Counted from the stretch's first letter, positions 28,942 through 38,402 are shown. The stretch is DNA of 64,000 nt from Bacteroides fragilis (GCA_963630775.1 CAVGNU010000004.1:859-64858), one strand, 5' to 3'. A program made the numbers and translations. The notes: a model not told the origin generated them from the letters alone.

Positions 28942-30705
28942 GTGTCGCGACAACAAAACATAGATACAGCACAGGAAAAAAAGCGTCCATCATGGCGATG
29001 GCGGCTGTTTTTATTGCTGATGAATTTGATTTTGGTTGTGATGGCGGCGGTTGCAATTTACCTGACCATCATATTTTTACAGATGCCGTCATTGGACGCA
29101 ATATTGCACGAAACGCGACCTGCGGCGGTCGTTTTCTTGGACAAAGATGGCAATGAAATCCGCAGTGCAGGTCGTATTATGGGCACGCCTGTGTCGGTGG
29201 AAACACTGCCACCCCATGTATGGCAGGCGATTGTTGCAATCGAAGATAAACGCTTTTTTGAACACGGCCCGATTGATATACGGGGGATTACGCGCGCCAT
29301 GCTGTCAAACGCGATTCATGGGCGTATTGCGGCGGGCGGTTCGTCCATAACACAACAGACCGCAAAAAACATATTCCTGTCCCGCGAAAAAAAGATTTCG
29401 CGCAAGGCCCAAGAATTGATTCTGTCATATTGGCTGGAAAATCGGTTTGATAAAAATCAGGTTTTGGATTTATACATGAACCGCGTATCATTGGTTGGTG
29501 GTATGCGCGGGATTGATGCGGCGTCGCGCGTAATGTTTCAAACACCGGCCAATAAAATGACAATCGCACAATCGGCACAAATTGCCGCAATGTTGAAAGC
29601 CCCAACGTCATATAGCCCATTGAAAAATCCGCAGCGTAACATTCAACGTGCCCGTGTTGTATTACAGGAAATGGTACGGCAGGGATATATCACGCTGAAT
29701 CAGGCGCGCACCGCCGCCCGCGAATTGGCACCCGCCACGCCCGCACCCGACACAAATATATACCGCTATTGGACGGACTTTGTCTTGGACGAGGTTCGTT
29801 CCCGTATCGGCGCGCTGGATTCTGATTTGCTGGTATATACCACGATGGACATGAACTTGCAGGAACACGTTGCCGCGGTTTTGCCCGCGCATACGGATAA
29901 ATATCAGGGGGCTGTTGTCGCCATGACACCCGCTGGTGCGGTGCGCGCGATGGTTGGTGGTACGGATTATCAGACCAGCCAATTTAACCGCGCGACAACA
30001 ATGCGCCAACCCGGCAGTTCGTTCAAACCGGTCGTGTATCTGGTTGCGCTGGAACATGGTATGACACCGGATTCGTATGTCAATGATTCCCCATTCGCGA
30101 TTGGCGATTATAATCCAAAGAATTACAACGAACGCTATTATGGCGATATCACATTAGCGACCGCTTTTGCCAAGAGTGTAAATTCCGTGCCACTGAAATT
30201 GACCGAAACATACGGGATTGATTCCGTTTTGGACATGGCGGGGCGTTTGGGGGTCGGTACAAAACTGCGTCGTGAATATTCAACCGTGCTGGGCGCATCA
30301 GAAATGTCATTGCTTGATTTGACGACAATATATGCGGTGATTTGGAATAATGGTGCATCGGTGCGCCCATATTCAATTACAAAAATAACCGACCCGCGTG
30401 GCAATATTCTGTACGCACGCAATCCATCTGATGCGTTACAGGTCTTGCAGCCCCAGACGGTCGAATATATGATGGATTTGCTAGCAGACGTGGTGGTGCG
30501 CGGTACGGGGCGTCGTGCAAATACAACAGGCGTTTTGGGTGGTAAAACCGGCACAAGTAATAATAATCGTGATGCGTGGTTTGTTGGTGCGGTGCGCGAT
30601 TTGGTTATTGGCGTTTGGGTTGGTAACGATGATTTTACACCGATGTCATCTAAAATCACAGGCGGTACGGTTCCTGCTGAAATTTTCCACGATATTGTGA
30701 AATAG
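28942..30705 (+). CDS. mrcA: Class A penicillin-binding protein (transglycosylase/transpeptidase, PBP1A-like)
   Basis: GTG start and an N-terminal TM anchor. GT51 motifs are AIVAIEDKRFFEHGPID and GGSSITQQ. Transpeptidase motifs are SxxK (GSSFKP) and KTGT (GGKTGTSNN). Confidence 0.9.
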   Translation: MSRQQNIDTAQEKKRPSWRWRLFLLLMNLILVVMAAVAIYLTIIFLQMPSLDAILHETRPAAVVFLDKDGNEIRSAGRIMGTPVSVETLPPHVWQAIVAIEDKRFFEHGPIDIRGITRAMLSNAIHGRIAAGGSSITQQTAKNIFLSREKKISRKAQELILSYWLENRFDKNQVLDLYMNRVSLVGGMRGIDAASRVMFQTPANKMTIAQSAQIAAMLKAPTSYSPLKNPQRNIQRARVVLQEMVRQGYITLNQARTAARELAPATPAPDTNIYRYWTDFVLDEVRSRIGALDSDLLVYTTMDMNLQEHVAAVLPAHTDKYQGAVVAMTPAGAVRAMVGGTDYQTSQFNRATTMRQPGSSFKPVVYLVALEHGMTPDSYVNDSPFAIGDYNPKNYNERYYGDITLATAFAKSVNSVPLKLTETYGIDSVLDMAGRLGVGTKLRREYSTVLGASEMSLLDLTTIYAVIWNNGASVRPYSITKITDPRGNILYARNPSDALQVLQPQTVEYMMDLLADVVVRGTGRRANTTGVLGGKTGTSNNNRDAWFVGAVRDLVIGVWVGNDDFTPMSSKITGGTVPAEIFHDIVK

Positions 30706-30756
30706 TTCTGTAAAATCTGTTTTTATCGTTGCTGGATTTGTGATATAATACCAAGT

Positions 30757-31734
30757 ATGACAGGAAGCAAATTTTTATTTTTGTTGCCGGTTTTGTCCGT
30801 CCTGATGGGTGGCACGGCACATGCAAATTGGCAATATGACGGCACGTACATTGGCGACGGTTGGTATGCCGATGATGGCGCACGCTTTACAATATCTGTG
30901 CGTGGCGGTATGTCATATGGCACTGCGAAAATCCAGAATGATGTTGGCGCGTTATCAAATGAGTATTGGTATAATCCGACCGATGGTATGGTTATTACGG
31001 CGGCATATTACGACAGTTTGTCCACCGAACAACAGGCCGCATTCACATTTGCGGGCATTGGTGAATTGGGCGATGTTGGTGCACGGGAAAACTATTCAGA
31101 ATTTTCATTTGCAGCGGGCGCATCAATTGGCTGGGTATTGCCTAATCGTCCCCAGTGGCGTCTGGAATTGGGCTGGGATCACATCAGCGAAAGTGAATAT
31201 AACATCGCTCCGTTGTTTGAAGGGGACATGCCACTGACCGGTGGCGACGTGTCTGGTCTGGTGATACAGGTTCAGTCCGGTGCGGTTCAGTCAAAAATCA
31301 CCACTGATATTATCAGCGCGATGGTATTCTATGATTTCTTTGACGGATTGCAAAAACCGACGCATACATTGATTCCATACATCGGGTTTGGTGCGGGCTA
31401 TGTTGACAGCAAGACCACATTAAACCTGTCGGATTTGTATGGCGATTTATCGACATCGGTTGATTTACAGAATTTCGGTAAATTGGACGATTACAATGTA
31501 TTACAGTTCTATCGTTCGGAACATGATACATCAACGGTTGCGGGTGTGGTGTCGCTGGGCGCGTCGTACGGTTTATCGGAAACAATGTTTTTGGATTTTG
31601 GCGTGCGTGCGGCATATGTGCCACGTATCAAATGGACGCTGACAAATTCAGACAATTCGCGCGAACGCGATTGGTTCAGTGCCAAAGATATGGTATACAT
31701 CAACGCAATGCTGGGCCTGCGGTTTGAATTCTGA
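30757..31734 (+). CDS. Outer-membrane beta-barrel protein (porin-like)
   Basis: Signal peptide MTGSKFLFLLPVLSVLMGGTAHA, beta-strand periodicity, and a C-terminal LGLRFEF with terminal Phe. Confidence 0.7.
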   Translation: MTGSKFLFLLPVLSVLMGGTAHANWQYDGTYIGDGWYADDGARFTISVRGGMSYGTAKIQNDVGALSNEYWYNPTDGMVITAAYYDSLSTEQQAAFTFAGIGELGDVGARENYSEFSFAAGASIGWVLPNRPQWRLELGWDHISESEYNIAPLFEGDMPLTGGDVSGLVIQVQSGAVQSKITTDIISAMVFYDFFDGLQKPTHTLIPYIGFGAGYVDSKTTLNLSDLYGDLSTSVDLQNFGKLDDYNVLQFYRSEHDTSTVAGVVSLGASYGLSETMFLDFGVRAAYVPRIKWTLTNSDNSRERDWFSAKDMVYINAMLGLRFEF

Positions 31735-31742
31735 CAAACGGG

Positions 31743-31769
31743 GCGTTGCCCCGTTTGTCATACCGTGTC
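31743..31769. terminator. Bidirectional terminator hairpin
   Basis: Perfect hairpin gacaaacggggc-gtt-gccccgtttgtc between convergent genes. Confidence 0.6.
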
Positions 31770-31804
31770 CATGTTCGCTGACATCGCGCCATGTGGCGCG
31801 TTCT

Positions 31805-32059
31805 TTAATTACTGTAACAACACGGGCTGGCATATGTATACGTGCCGGTTGCGTCGCTGCCCGTTGTACCCGACGGTATACAACATTCGGTTATTGATGT
31901 TGCGCCCGCAGCGGATGTGCCGGGTGATGGGCATGCTTTACAATCACCAGATGACAAATAATACCCAGCATTACAGGATGTGTATGTTTTTGTTGTTGCA
32001 ACACAATCTGCATATGCTGTACCAACAATTAGTATTGGGAAAATCAAAAGAACTTTCAT
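31805..32059 (-). CDS. Small Cys-rich exported protein (paralog A)
   Basis: From ATG 32059 (AGGAG RBS) the translation is MKVLLIFPILIVGTAYA plus a mature ~67 aa with 9 Cys. It contains SCNAGYYLSSGDCKACPSPGTSAAGATSITEC and shares TTGSDATGTYT with its neighbour. Confidence 0.6.
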   Translation of the reverse strand: MKVLLIFPILIVGTAYADCVATTKTYTSCNAGYYLSSGDCKACPSPGTSAAGATSITECCIPSGTTGSDATGTYTYASPCCYSN

Positions 32060-32073
32060 TTTTCTGCTCCTGG

Positions 32074-32433
32074 TTATAGTTGGCAAAAACATTCGTCCGT
32101 AACATTAGAAGCGTCCATTGAATACGTCATATAACATGGGACTTTTGTGCTCGTTCCAGTACATGTTCCATATTCTTGGGTATATGTTCCCTTGGTGTCA
32201 GTGCCAGTTGTTGAATCGCGCTTACAAGTCGTGCTAGTTATGCTAGGTGTACTCCATCCACTTGGGCACCCAATAACAGTTCCCGTCCTGCCAGTTGGGC
32301 AACAACAATAGCCGCTCGGTATATCTTGTATGCAAACCTCAAACGACACGCACGCTATTGCATATGTTACAGTTGGGGATATTAGAATGGCGCATATCGG
32401 AATAAGCGCGATGTAAATATTAGGTTTTGCCAT
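32074..32433 (-). CDS. Small Cys-rich exported protein (paralog B)
   Basis: 119 aa with a hydrophobic N-terminus (IYIALIPICAILISPTVTYA), 13 Cys and a GGAG RBS. It shares the IPSG...TTGTDTKGTYT...C motif with 31805..32059. Confidence 0.6.
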   Translation of the reverse strand: MAKPNIYIALIPICAILISPTVTYAIACVSFEVCIQDIPSGYCCCPTGRTGTVIGCPSGWSTPSITSTTCKRDSTTGTDTKGTYTQEYGTCTGTSTKVPCYMTYSMDASNVTDECFCQL

Positions 32434-32440
32434 GAATCAA

Positions 32441-32566
32441 TCTCCTTTTTTGTTTTAGACAGCAAAAACCACCAAATATTTGGTGGTCAGGAGGTTGAGA
32501 ACAATTGTCAGAAATTGTGTCGTGTATTGAATATTCCACGAACCCTCCTGACCTAAAATCAGGAGA
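32441..32566 (-). promoter_or_regulatory. Candidate structured leader or small RNA ending in an intrinsic terminator, upstream of Cys-rich gene B
   Basis: Minus strand elements in order: hairpin ggagaaaaataatctcc; then a 10-bp stem ggtcaggagg...cctcctgacc enclosing ~50 nt; then ccaccaaatatttggtgg+ttttt about 25 nt before the RBS. No known riboswitch motif recognised. Confidence 0.35.
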
Positions 32567-32762
32567 TTATTTTTCTCCAAGACAATAAAAATGGCGCAAA
32601 CTGTGCACCACGACTATCCGTCTTGACGCTGACATTCGGGTTCTCACACCCCATCGTTGGAACACCCAACGACAAATTGATTTTATGATGTTTATAAAAT
32701 AATTACAAGCAGAAAAAAGTTCATCCGTATCCGCAGATGCTCCGCCACGATAAAAATAATGC

Positions 32763-32796
32763 GTCTGCCATTCGGCGGACACAATCATTGCTCTCT
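32763..32796. repeat. Inverted copy of the 1721-1754 repeat module (hairpin plus cattgctctct); probably also the comM terminator
   Basis: gtctgccattcggcggacacaatcattgctctct compared with the reverse complement of 1721-1754 (tgtccgccattggcggacacattcattgctctct): about 30/34 identical. Confidence 0.7.
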
Positions 32797-32819
32797 AACA
32801 AATGTGATATCCCCGTTTG

Positions 32820-34343
32820 TTAGAGTTTTGTAGCGTATTTCCCACGGTTGATTGGGCGATATGACAGCGCCTCTGCAATGTCTGACATTTCGATGTTAGC
32901 GCGCCCCGCCAAATCGGCGATGGTGCGCGCAATGCGGCGTACGCGATTGTATCCGCGTGCCGACATGCCCATCTTGTCCGCGGCGGTGTTCAAAAAGTTC
33001 TGTAATTCTGTCGTCAATTTTGCCGCCGCGTCCAATTCCGGTCCGTCCAGACGTGCATTCAGGCAACCTTGACGTGCGATTTGGCGATTGTATGCCGCAA
33101 CAACGCGGGCGCGAATTTGCGCACTGGTTTCGCGCGGTGCGTCCGACGCCGTATTCATTTCCCATGGATTGACCGCATCAACATCCACGTGCAGGTCGAT
33201 TCTGTCCAACAACGGCCCTGATATTTTATTCTGGTACGCTTCGGCGCATCGGGGGGCGCGCGAACAGGACAGGGCGGCATTTCCCAAATGTCCGCACGGA
33301 CATGGGTTCATTGCCGCAATCAGTTGAAAACGCGCAGGGTATGTTGCGGTGTTTTTCGCGCGCGAAATCATAATTTTGCCTGATTCCATCGGCTGGCGCA
33401 GGATTTCCAACGTTGCGCGATTAAATTCCGGCAATTCGTCCAAGAACAGCACGCCATTGTGTGCCAGCGATATTTCCCCCGGATGTGCGTTCGCGCCACC
33501 ACCCGCCAATGCCACCTGTGATGCAGTATGATGCACACTGCGGAATGGGCGAGTGCGCACCAGACCGCGCCCGTCCAGTTGTCCTGCGATTGAATAGATA
33601 ATTGACGTTTCCAAAATTTGTTCAGCGGTCATTTCTGGCATAATTCCCGACAACCGTGATGCCAGCATTGTTTTCCCCGACCCCGGTGGCCCAACCATCA
33701 GCATTGCGTGCCCGCCCGCCGCGGCGATTTCCAGCGCGCGTTTCGCAGATTCTTGGCCATGCACATCCGCCATATCGCCACATGTGGAGGCGGTCGTCAA
33801 CTGTGCTGGCGCATCTGGCACACCCAGTGTCAATTTGCCACTGAAATGGTTTATCAGTTCCAGTACATGATTCGGGGCCAATATGTCGGTGTGACCGGCC
33901 ATGCGGGCCTCGCCCCCTTGGGTGGCGGGACAAATTATGCCCATGTTGTGATTGTGTGCCCACACGCTGGCGGGTAACACCCCGTCCGTGCGCACGATGG
34001 TGCCGTTCAGTCCAACCTCGCCCAATATCAGGTAATGCGACAGTTTATCTTCGGGTAAAATCCCCAATGCGCATAAAATCCCGCACAGTATCGGCAGGTC
34101 AAAGTGCGAGCCACTCTTTTCAACGTCTGCGGGCGACAAATTCACCGTCAGACGTTTTGGCGGCAACGATATATTCAATGCGCCCAGCACGTTTTTTATG
34201 CGCTCTGCGGATTCTTTGACCGCGCGGTCGGCCAGACCAATGATGTTAAACTCTGGTTTCGACAAACCCGATGCCAACTGCACCTGAACATCAATAGGTG
34301 TCGCATCCATGCCGTTAAATATGATTGAATACAGTGAAATCAT
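32820..34343 (-). CDS. comM: YifB/ComM family Mg-chelatase-like AAA+ ATPase
   Basis: 507 aa with an N-terminal Lon-protease-like domain, Walker A GPPGSGKT, a VLFLDELPEF Walker B region and a C-terminal ChlI-like domain. Confidence 0.9.
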   Translation of the reverse strand: MISLYSIIFNGMDATPIDVQVQLASGLSKPEFNIIGLADRAVKESAERIKNVLGALNISLPPKRLTVNLSPADVEKSGSHFDLPILCGILCALGILPEDKLSHYLILGEVGLNGTIVRTDGVLPASVWAHNHNMGIICPATQGGEARMAGHTDILAPNHVLELINHFSGKLTLGVPDAPAQLTTASTCGDMADVHGQESAKRALEIAAAGGHAMLMVGPPGSGKTMLASRLSGIMPEMTAEQILETSIIYSIAGQLDGRGLVRTRPFRSVHHTASQVALAGGGANAHPGEISLAHNGVLFLDELPEFNRATLEILRQPMESGKIMISRAKNTATYPARFQLIAAMNPCPCGHLGNAALSCSRAPRCAEAYQNKISGPLLDRIDLHVDVDAVNPWEMNTASDAPRETSAQIRARVVAAYNRQIARQGCLNARLDGPELDAAAKLTTELQNFLNTAADKMGMSARGYNRVRRIARTIADLAGRANIEMSDIAEALSYRPINRGKYATKL

Positions 34344-34414
34344 ATTCGCATATTAAAACTTGCGCTGAATCAATTCAAGTTATAAAATACCCCCGACAAA
34401 AGGGGATTGCAGAT

Positions 34415-35293
34415 ATGCCATTAAAGAACACAAATGCCGCGCGCGAATGGTTTAACACCATATTCTACGGCGGTCTGATTGCCATTATTTTCCGCAGTTT
34501 ATTGCTGGAACCATTTAACATTCCGTCGGGTTCGATGATTCCGACGCTGCACGTTGGCGATCATATTTTTGTTCAAAAATGGGCATATGGTTATTCGCGC
34601 TATTCATTCCCGTTTGGTTCGTGGAAAATATGGAATGGTCGGTTCTGGGGACATGAACCCGCGGTTGGTGATGTGATTGTATTCCGTAATCCAATCGATG
34701 AATCACAGGATTATATTAAACGCCTGATTGGTATGCCAGGGGATAAAATTAAAATGACGGCGGGCCGCCTGTACATCAATGGTATTGAGGTCCCGCGTGA
34801 CAAGAAGGGTGACTATATCGTTGCAAACCTGCCAAAATCATTGCGCAGCGTTGGTTTCTATCAGGACAATATGTCAATAAAGGGCAACAAGATTTGGATT
34901 GATAACGCGCCTGCACCATTCAATTACACCATTGAATATCGGGACGACAGGTATTGCAAAATGTACGTTGGGGCATGCGGTGTGTTCAAATTGACCGAAT
35001 ATACCGAAACATTACCAAACGGTGTTCAGCACAGTATCATAGAGGTATCAGATGACGCCCCATTGGATAACACTGATGAATTTGTCGTGCCGGAAAAACA
35101 CTATTTCTTTATGGGCGACAATCGCGACAACAGTTTGGACAGTCGCGCCGATGTTGGATACGTGCCGCGTGACAATTTGCTGGGGCCAGCGTGGTTTATT
35201 TGGTATTCGCACAATTATTATTCACCAATGATTGCGGTGTGGAATTGGAACAGCAAAATGCGCTGGGACAGATTTGGCATGGGGGTAAAATAA
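34415..35293 (+). CDS. lepB: Signal peptidase I
   Basis: From ATG 34415; catalytic Ser box PSGSMIPTL; GDNRDNSLDSR box. Confidence 0.93.
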   Translation: MPLKNTNAAREWFNTIFYGGLIAIIFRSLLLEPFNIPSGSMIPTLHVGDHIFVQKWAYGYSRYSFPFGSWKIWNGRFWGHEPAVGDVIVFRNPIDESQDYIKRLIGMPGDKIKMTAGRLYINGIEVPRDKKGDYIVANLPKSLRSVGFYQDNMSIKGNKIWIDNAPAPFNYTIEYRDDRYCKMYVGACGVFKLTEYTETLPNGVQHSIIEVSDDAPLDNTDEFVVPEKHYFFMGDNRDNSLDSRADVGYVPRDNLLGPAWFIWYSHNYYSPMIAVWNWNSKMRWDRFGMGVK

Positions 35294-35294
35294 A

Positions 35295-35927
35295 TTGGAA
35301 CAACTGAACTATACTTTCAAGAATCCCCAACTGTTGGAATTAGCATTGACGCAATCTGGCGCGGACAGTGCGCATAACAACGAACGTTTGGAATTTATCG
35401 GCGATCGTGTGTTGGGGCTGACGGTGGCGGCATTGCTGTTTGAAATGTATCCCACTGAACACGAAGGGGAACTGGCACGCCGGCATGCGATGTTGGTGTC
35501 CACGGAAACGCTGGCGTCGGTGGCGGACAAATTAAATTTGGCGTCGCACATTCGTCATGGTCATATGACCGGTGGTCACATTCGTCACATTATGGCCAAC
35601 GCGATGGAGGCGATTTTTGGTGCAATCTTTATCGATGGCGGGTTCGAAGCGGCACGTGCGGTAATCTTGGCACACTGGCGTGAATTAGCGGCGGCGGATG
35701 CCACCGCACCAAAAGATGCAAAAACCACATTACAGGAATTGGTTCAGAAATCAGGCGATGGCGCATTGCCGGTATATGAATATCTGGAACAGACGGGTGC
35801 ATCGCACAGTCCGGTATTTCATGTGCGCGTATCTGCATTGGGGCGCAGTGCCACAGCCACCGGTTCGTCAAAAAAGAATGCCAGTATCAACGCCGCAGAC
35901 GAACTGTTGAAAATCCTTGCAATCTAG
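35295..35927 (+). CDS. rnc: Ribonuclease III
   Basis: TTG start; RNase III signature NERLEFIGDRVLGL; C-terminal dsRBD (GASHSPVFHVRV...GSSKKNASINAA). Confidence 0.9.
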   Translation: MEQLNYTFKNPQLLELALTQSGADSAHNNERLEFIGDRVLGLTVAALLFEMYPTEHEGELARRHAMLVSTETLASVADKLNLASHIRHGHMTGGHIRHIMANAMEAIFGAIFIDGGFEAARAVILAHWRELAAADATAPKDAKTTLQELVQKSGDGALPVYEYLEQTGASHSPVFHVRVSALGRSATATGSSKKNASINAADELLKILAI

Positions 35928-35979
35928 GGACGTTATCGCTAGAATCAGGACAGAATAAACATATAGACAGAGGTTAAAA

Positions 35980-36318
35980 ATGTTTTCGATTTTATTGGTT
36001 TTGTTGATAATCGTCGCTGTATTTATGATTGGCGTTATTTTGTTACAGAAGTCCGAGGGCAGCGGTATGTCCGGCTCGTCGGCGGCATCTATGTTTGGTG
36101 GCGCGTTGACTGGTGCGGCGGCTGGCAATTTCTTGACTAAATTGACCGCATGGTTGGCGACAATATTCTTTATCTTGTGCGCTGCGCTGGCATTGGTCGC
36201 GTCCAAAAGCGATATTGCCACACGTCAGTCCGAATTGCGTCAGGAAATTCTGATGCAGGACGGTGCACCTGTTTCCGCGCCATCGGCCAGTACCACGACC
36301 GATGTCCCAGAAAAATAA
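35980..36318 (+). CDS. secG: Preprotein translocase subunit SecG
   Basis: MFSILLVLLIIVAVFMIGVILLQKSEGSGMSG... is the typical SecG N-terminus; two TM helices. Confidence 0.9.
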   Translation: MFSILLVLLIIVAVFMIGVILLQKSEGSGMSGSSAASMFGGALTGAAAGNFLTKLTAWLATIFFILCAALALVASKSDIATRQSELRQEILMQDGAPVSAPSASTTTDVPEK

Positions 36319-36334
36319 TAGCCGACGGTGTTAT

Positions 36335-36364
36335 AAAAAAATCGCCCAAACGGGCGATTTTTTT
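36335..36364. terminator. Bidirectional terminator
   Basis: aaaaaaatcgccc-aaac-gggcgattttttt hairpin. Confidence 0.65.
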
Positions 36365-36379
36365 CAGGTTTTGGGTCTC

Positions 36380-36625
36380 TTACTTCGCTTTTTTACGGGA
36401 CGCCGGCTTTTTCGCCACGCGTGCGGTTTTTGTTGCCGGTGCTTTTGCGAATTCTTTGTACAGCATAACGATGCAGGTATATCCGATGACCGCGGACAAT
36501 GCCGTTATAAGACCAGAAATCAGGCCGTCTGAAAATACCGCAAACAATATGATTGCAATACCCAACACAACGGTGTACCCCAGATTTTTGGCCAGTACGT
36601 TCAAAATTCTTTCTGCTGTGTTCAT
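36380..36625 (-). CDS. Small hypothetical membrane protein with basic C-terminal tail
   Basis: ATG 36625 has a GAAAGGAAA RBS. Two TM helices and a KAPATKTARVAKKPASRKKAK tail. Confidence 0.5.
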   Translation of the reverse strand: MNTAERILNVLAKNLGYTVVLGIAIILFAVFSDGLISGLITALSAVIGYTCIVMLYKEFAKAPATKTARVAKKPASRKKAK

Positions 36626-36680
36626 GATTTGTTTCCTTTCGTTTGGACGCATATATTATACCACATAAAATCAGCATTGC

Positions 36681-36709
36681 AAAAAAAGACCGCAGAAAAA
36701 TCTGCGGTC
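36681..36709 (-). terminator. Intrinsic terminator of 36741..37511
   Basis: On the minus strand: gaccgcaga-tttt-tctgcggtc followed by ttttttt. Confidence 0.65.
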
Positions 36710-36740
36710 ATTGTTCAAGGGAGATAATGAACAATTCGGG

Positions 36741-37511
36741 TTACAAAACCACCTGGCCACCCAATCGCGCGGTGCGTGGAATTGGGCCAAACGATGATTT
36801 TGGGCTGACGTAAATATTACCGGTTACGGTAAATTCGCCACAGAATTGAACCATGTTCACATCGCGCAGAAACAGGTTGCCTTCGATACGGACGCCGCAG
36901 GGTAGGGTATACTTGCGCATGTTTTGCAGGTACAAATTGCCGCGAATTTTATCGCCGTTACGCAACATTGTTGCTGCACCGCGACTGTCAATAATCACAT
37001 CGCCATACATCGTGTCCGCTGTGCGGGCTGTCTGGCGTATGCATACGCCACATGGCTTAGTCGCAACCACATTTACTGGACGGGCAACATATTTGCGTGA
37101 CGCATCGCGTTTAACCGGCAATGACGCAACCTGCTTGACTGGTGTGCGACGCACAGTTGGTGTGGGGGTTGCGTGAACCGTCTGGGCCACGACCGGTTTT
37201 GGGGCAATAATGATTTTTGGTGCGCGACGGACATTTACAACATTGATGACAAACAAGACCGCCAATATGATAATAGCAAACAGCAACGTCAAATTTATCA
37301 ACCCAATCAAATCGATCGTACAAATCCACGACCATACGCTGTGCAGTGCGCGACCAATCATACGAAATGGCCATGCAATAATCACACACAGACGTGACAA
37401 AAATACACTTTTACGTGCCGCCTTGCGTGCTGGCGCACGACGCGCAGATTTCTTGGCCTTGCCGCGCTGAACGCGATGTGCGGCGATTTTCATCTTTAAT
37501 TTTTGAAACAT
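36741..37511 (-). CDS. Hypothetical membrane-anchored protein with C-terminal 20-residue G-N-[LI]-[YF] repeats
   Basis: Basic N-terminus, TM segments, a Pro/Val/Thr-rich linker, then GNLYLQNMRKYTLPCGVRIE / GNLFLRDVNMVQFCGEFTVT / GNIYVSPKSSFGPIPRTARL. Confidence 0.62.
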   Translation of the reverse strand: MFQKLKMKIAAHRVQRGKAKKSARRAPARKAARKSVFLSRLCVIIAWPFRMIGRALHSVWSWICTIDLIGLINLTLLFAIIILAVLFVINVVNVRRAPKIIIAPKPVVAQTVHATPTPTVRRTPVKQVASLPVKRDASRKYVARPVNVVATKPCGVCIRQTARTADTMYGDVIIDSRGAATMLRNGDKIRGNLYLQNMRKYTLPCGVRIEGNLFLRDVNMVQFCGEFTVTGNIYVSPKSSFGPIPRTARLGGQVVL

Positions 37512-37658
37512 TTACCGACCCTCTTGGTTGTTTTAATTTCATATTGATTATGTACTATAAATATTATTTGTCAAGTATTTTGTCAATATTGTTTGTCAAA
37601 AAATATTTGTTTTGTATATAAATTGACGTGATGTGCCAGATTGGTCTATGATACACAT

Positions 37659-38402
37659 ATGCGTATGCGATTGCTTGAAATTTTATGTGTGCTATTGGCG
37701 GGCTGTGGCAGTGCGTTTCGTGCGCCATCTGAATTTACATATGCGCCCATGCGCGCTGGCGCATACCAAATCGCCACATGGCAGAAAATCACTAATACTG
37801 ACCCCTCCGTGCCAATCTATGTTTTCGTGGAGGGGGACGGTCACGCATTTCGCGCAAATGGTCGCCCATCGTCCGACCCAACGCCCCAAGGCACGTTTGT
37901 GCGCAGTTTGGCCATGCATACAGATGCCGACAATGTTGTGTATATGGCGCGCCCGTGCCAGTTTATAATGTCATCGGCATGCACGCGGCACGATTGGACA
38001 GACGGTCGTTTTTCGCCAGCGGTGGTGGACGGTATGGCGGATGCGATATCGCAGGTTGCAACAATACACCCTGTTGTATTGGTTGGTTATTCGGGTGGGG
38101 CAATGGTGTCTGGTTTGGTAATTGAACGCCACCCAGAAATCAATGTCCGGCGTTGGATTACAATCGCAGGCGTGTTGAATCACGCGGCGTGGACAGCGCA
38201 TTTTGACGACAGCGCACTGAACAAATCGTTGGACATGACAACATTGCCAAATGTTGCACAAACACACTATGTCGCCGAAAACGATACGGTTGTGCCACCT
38301 GAATTGACACGCCAAATTGCTGCGCCATCGGACATAATCGTGGTGCAGGGCGCAACCCATGATAACTTTGGTAATTATTTATTTAATATATTGACAAAAT
38401 AA
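37659..38402 (+). CDS. Lipoprotein alpha/beta-hydrolase
   Basis: MRMRLLEILCVLLAGC has a lipobox; nucleophile elbow VGYSGGA; C-terminal GATHDNF carries a candidate catalytic His. Confidence 0.7.
   Translation: MRMRLLEILCVLLAGCGSAFRAPSEFTYAPMRAGAYQIATWQKITNTDPSVPIYVFVEGDGHAFRANGRPSSDPTPQGTFVRSLAMHTDADNVVYMARPCQFIMSSACTRHDWTDGRFSPAVVDGMADAISQVATIHPVVLVGYSGGAMVSGLVIERHPEINVRRWITIAGVLNHAAWTAHFDDSALNKSLDMTTLPNVAQTHYVAENDTVVPPELTRQIAAPSDIIVVQGATHDNFGNYLFNILTK

Noticed and set aside
32441-32566. Possible SRP (4.5S) RNA because of the 'aggtcagg' string
   Set aside because: It lacks the conserved domain IV GGAA/AGCA symmetric-loop motifs and the expected helix-8 pairing.
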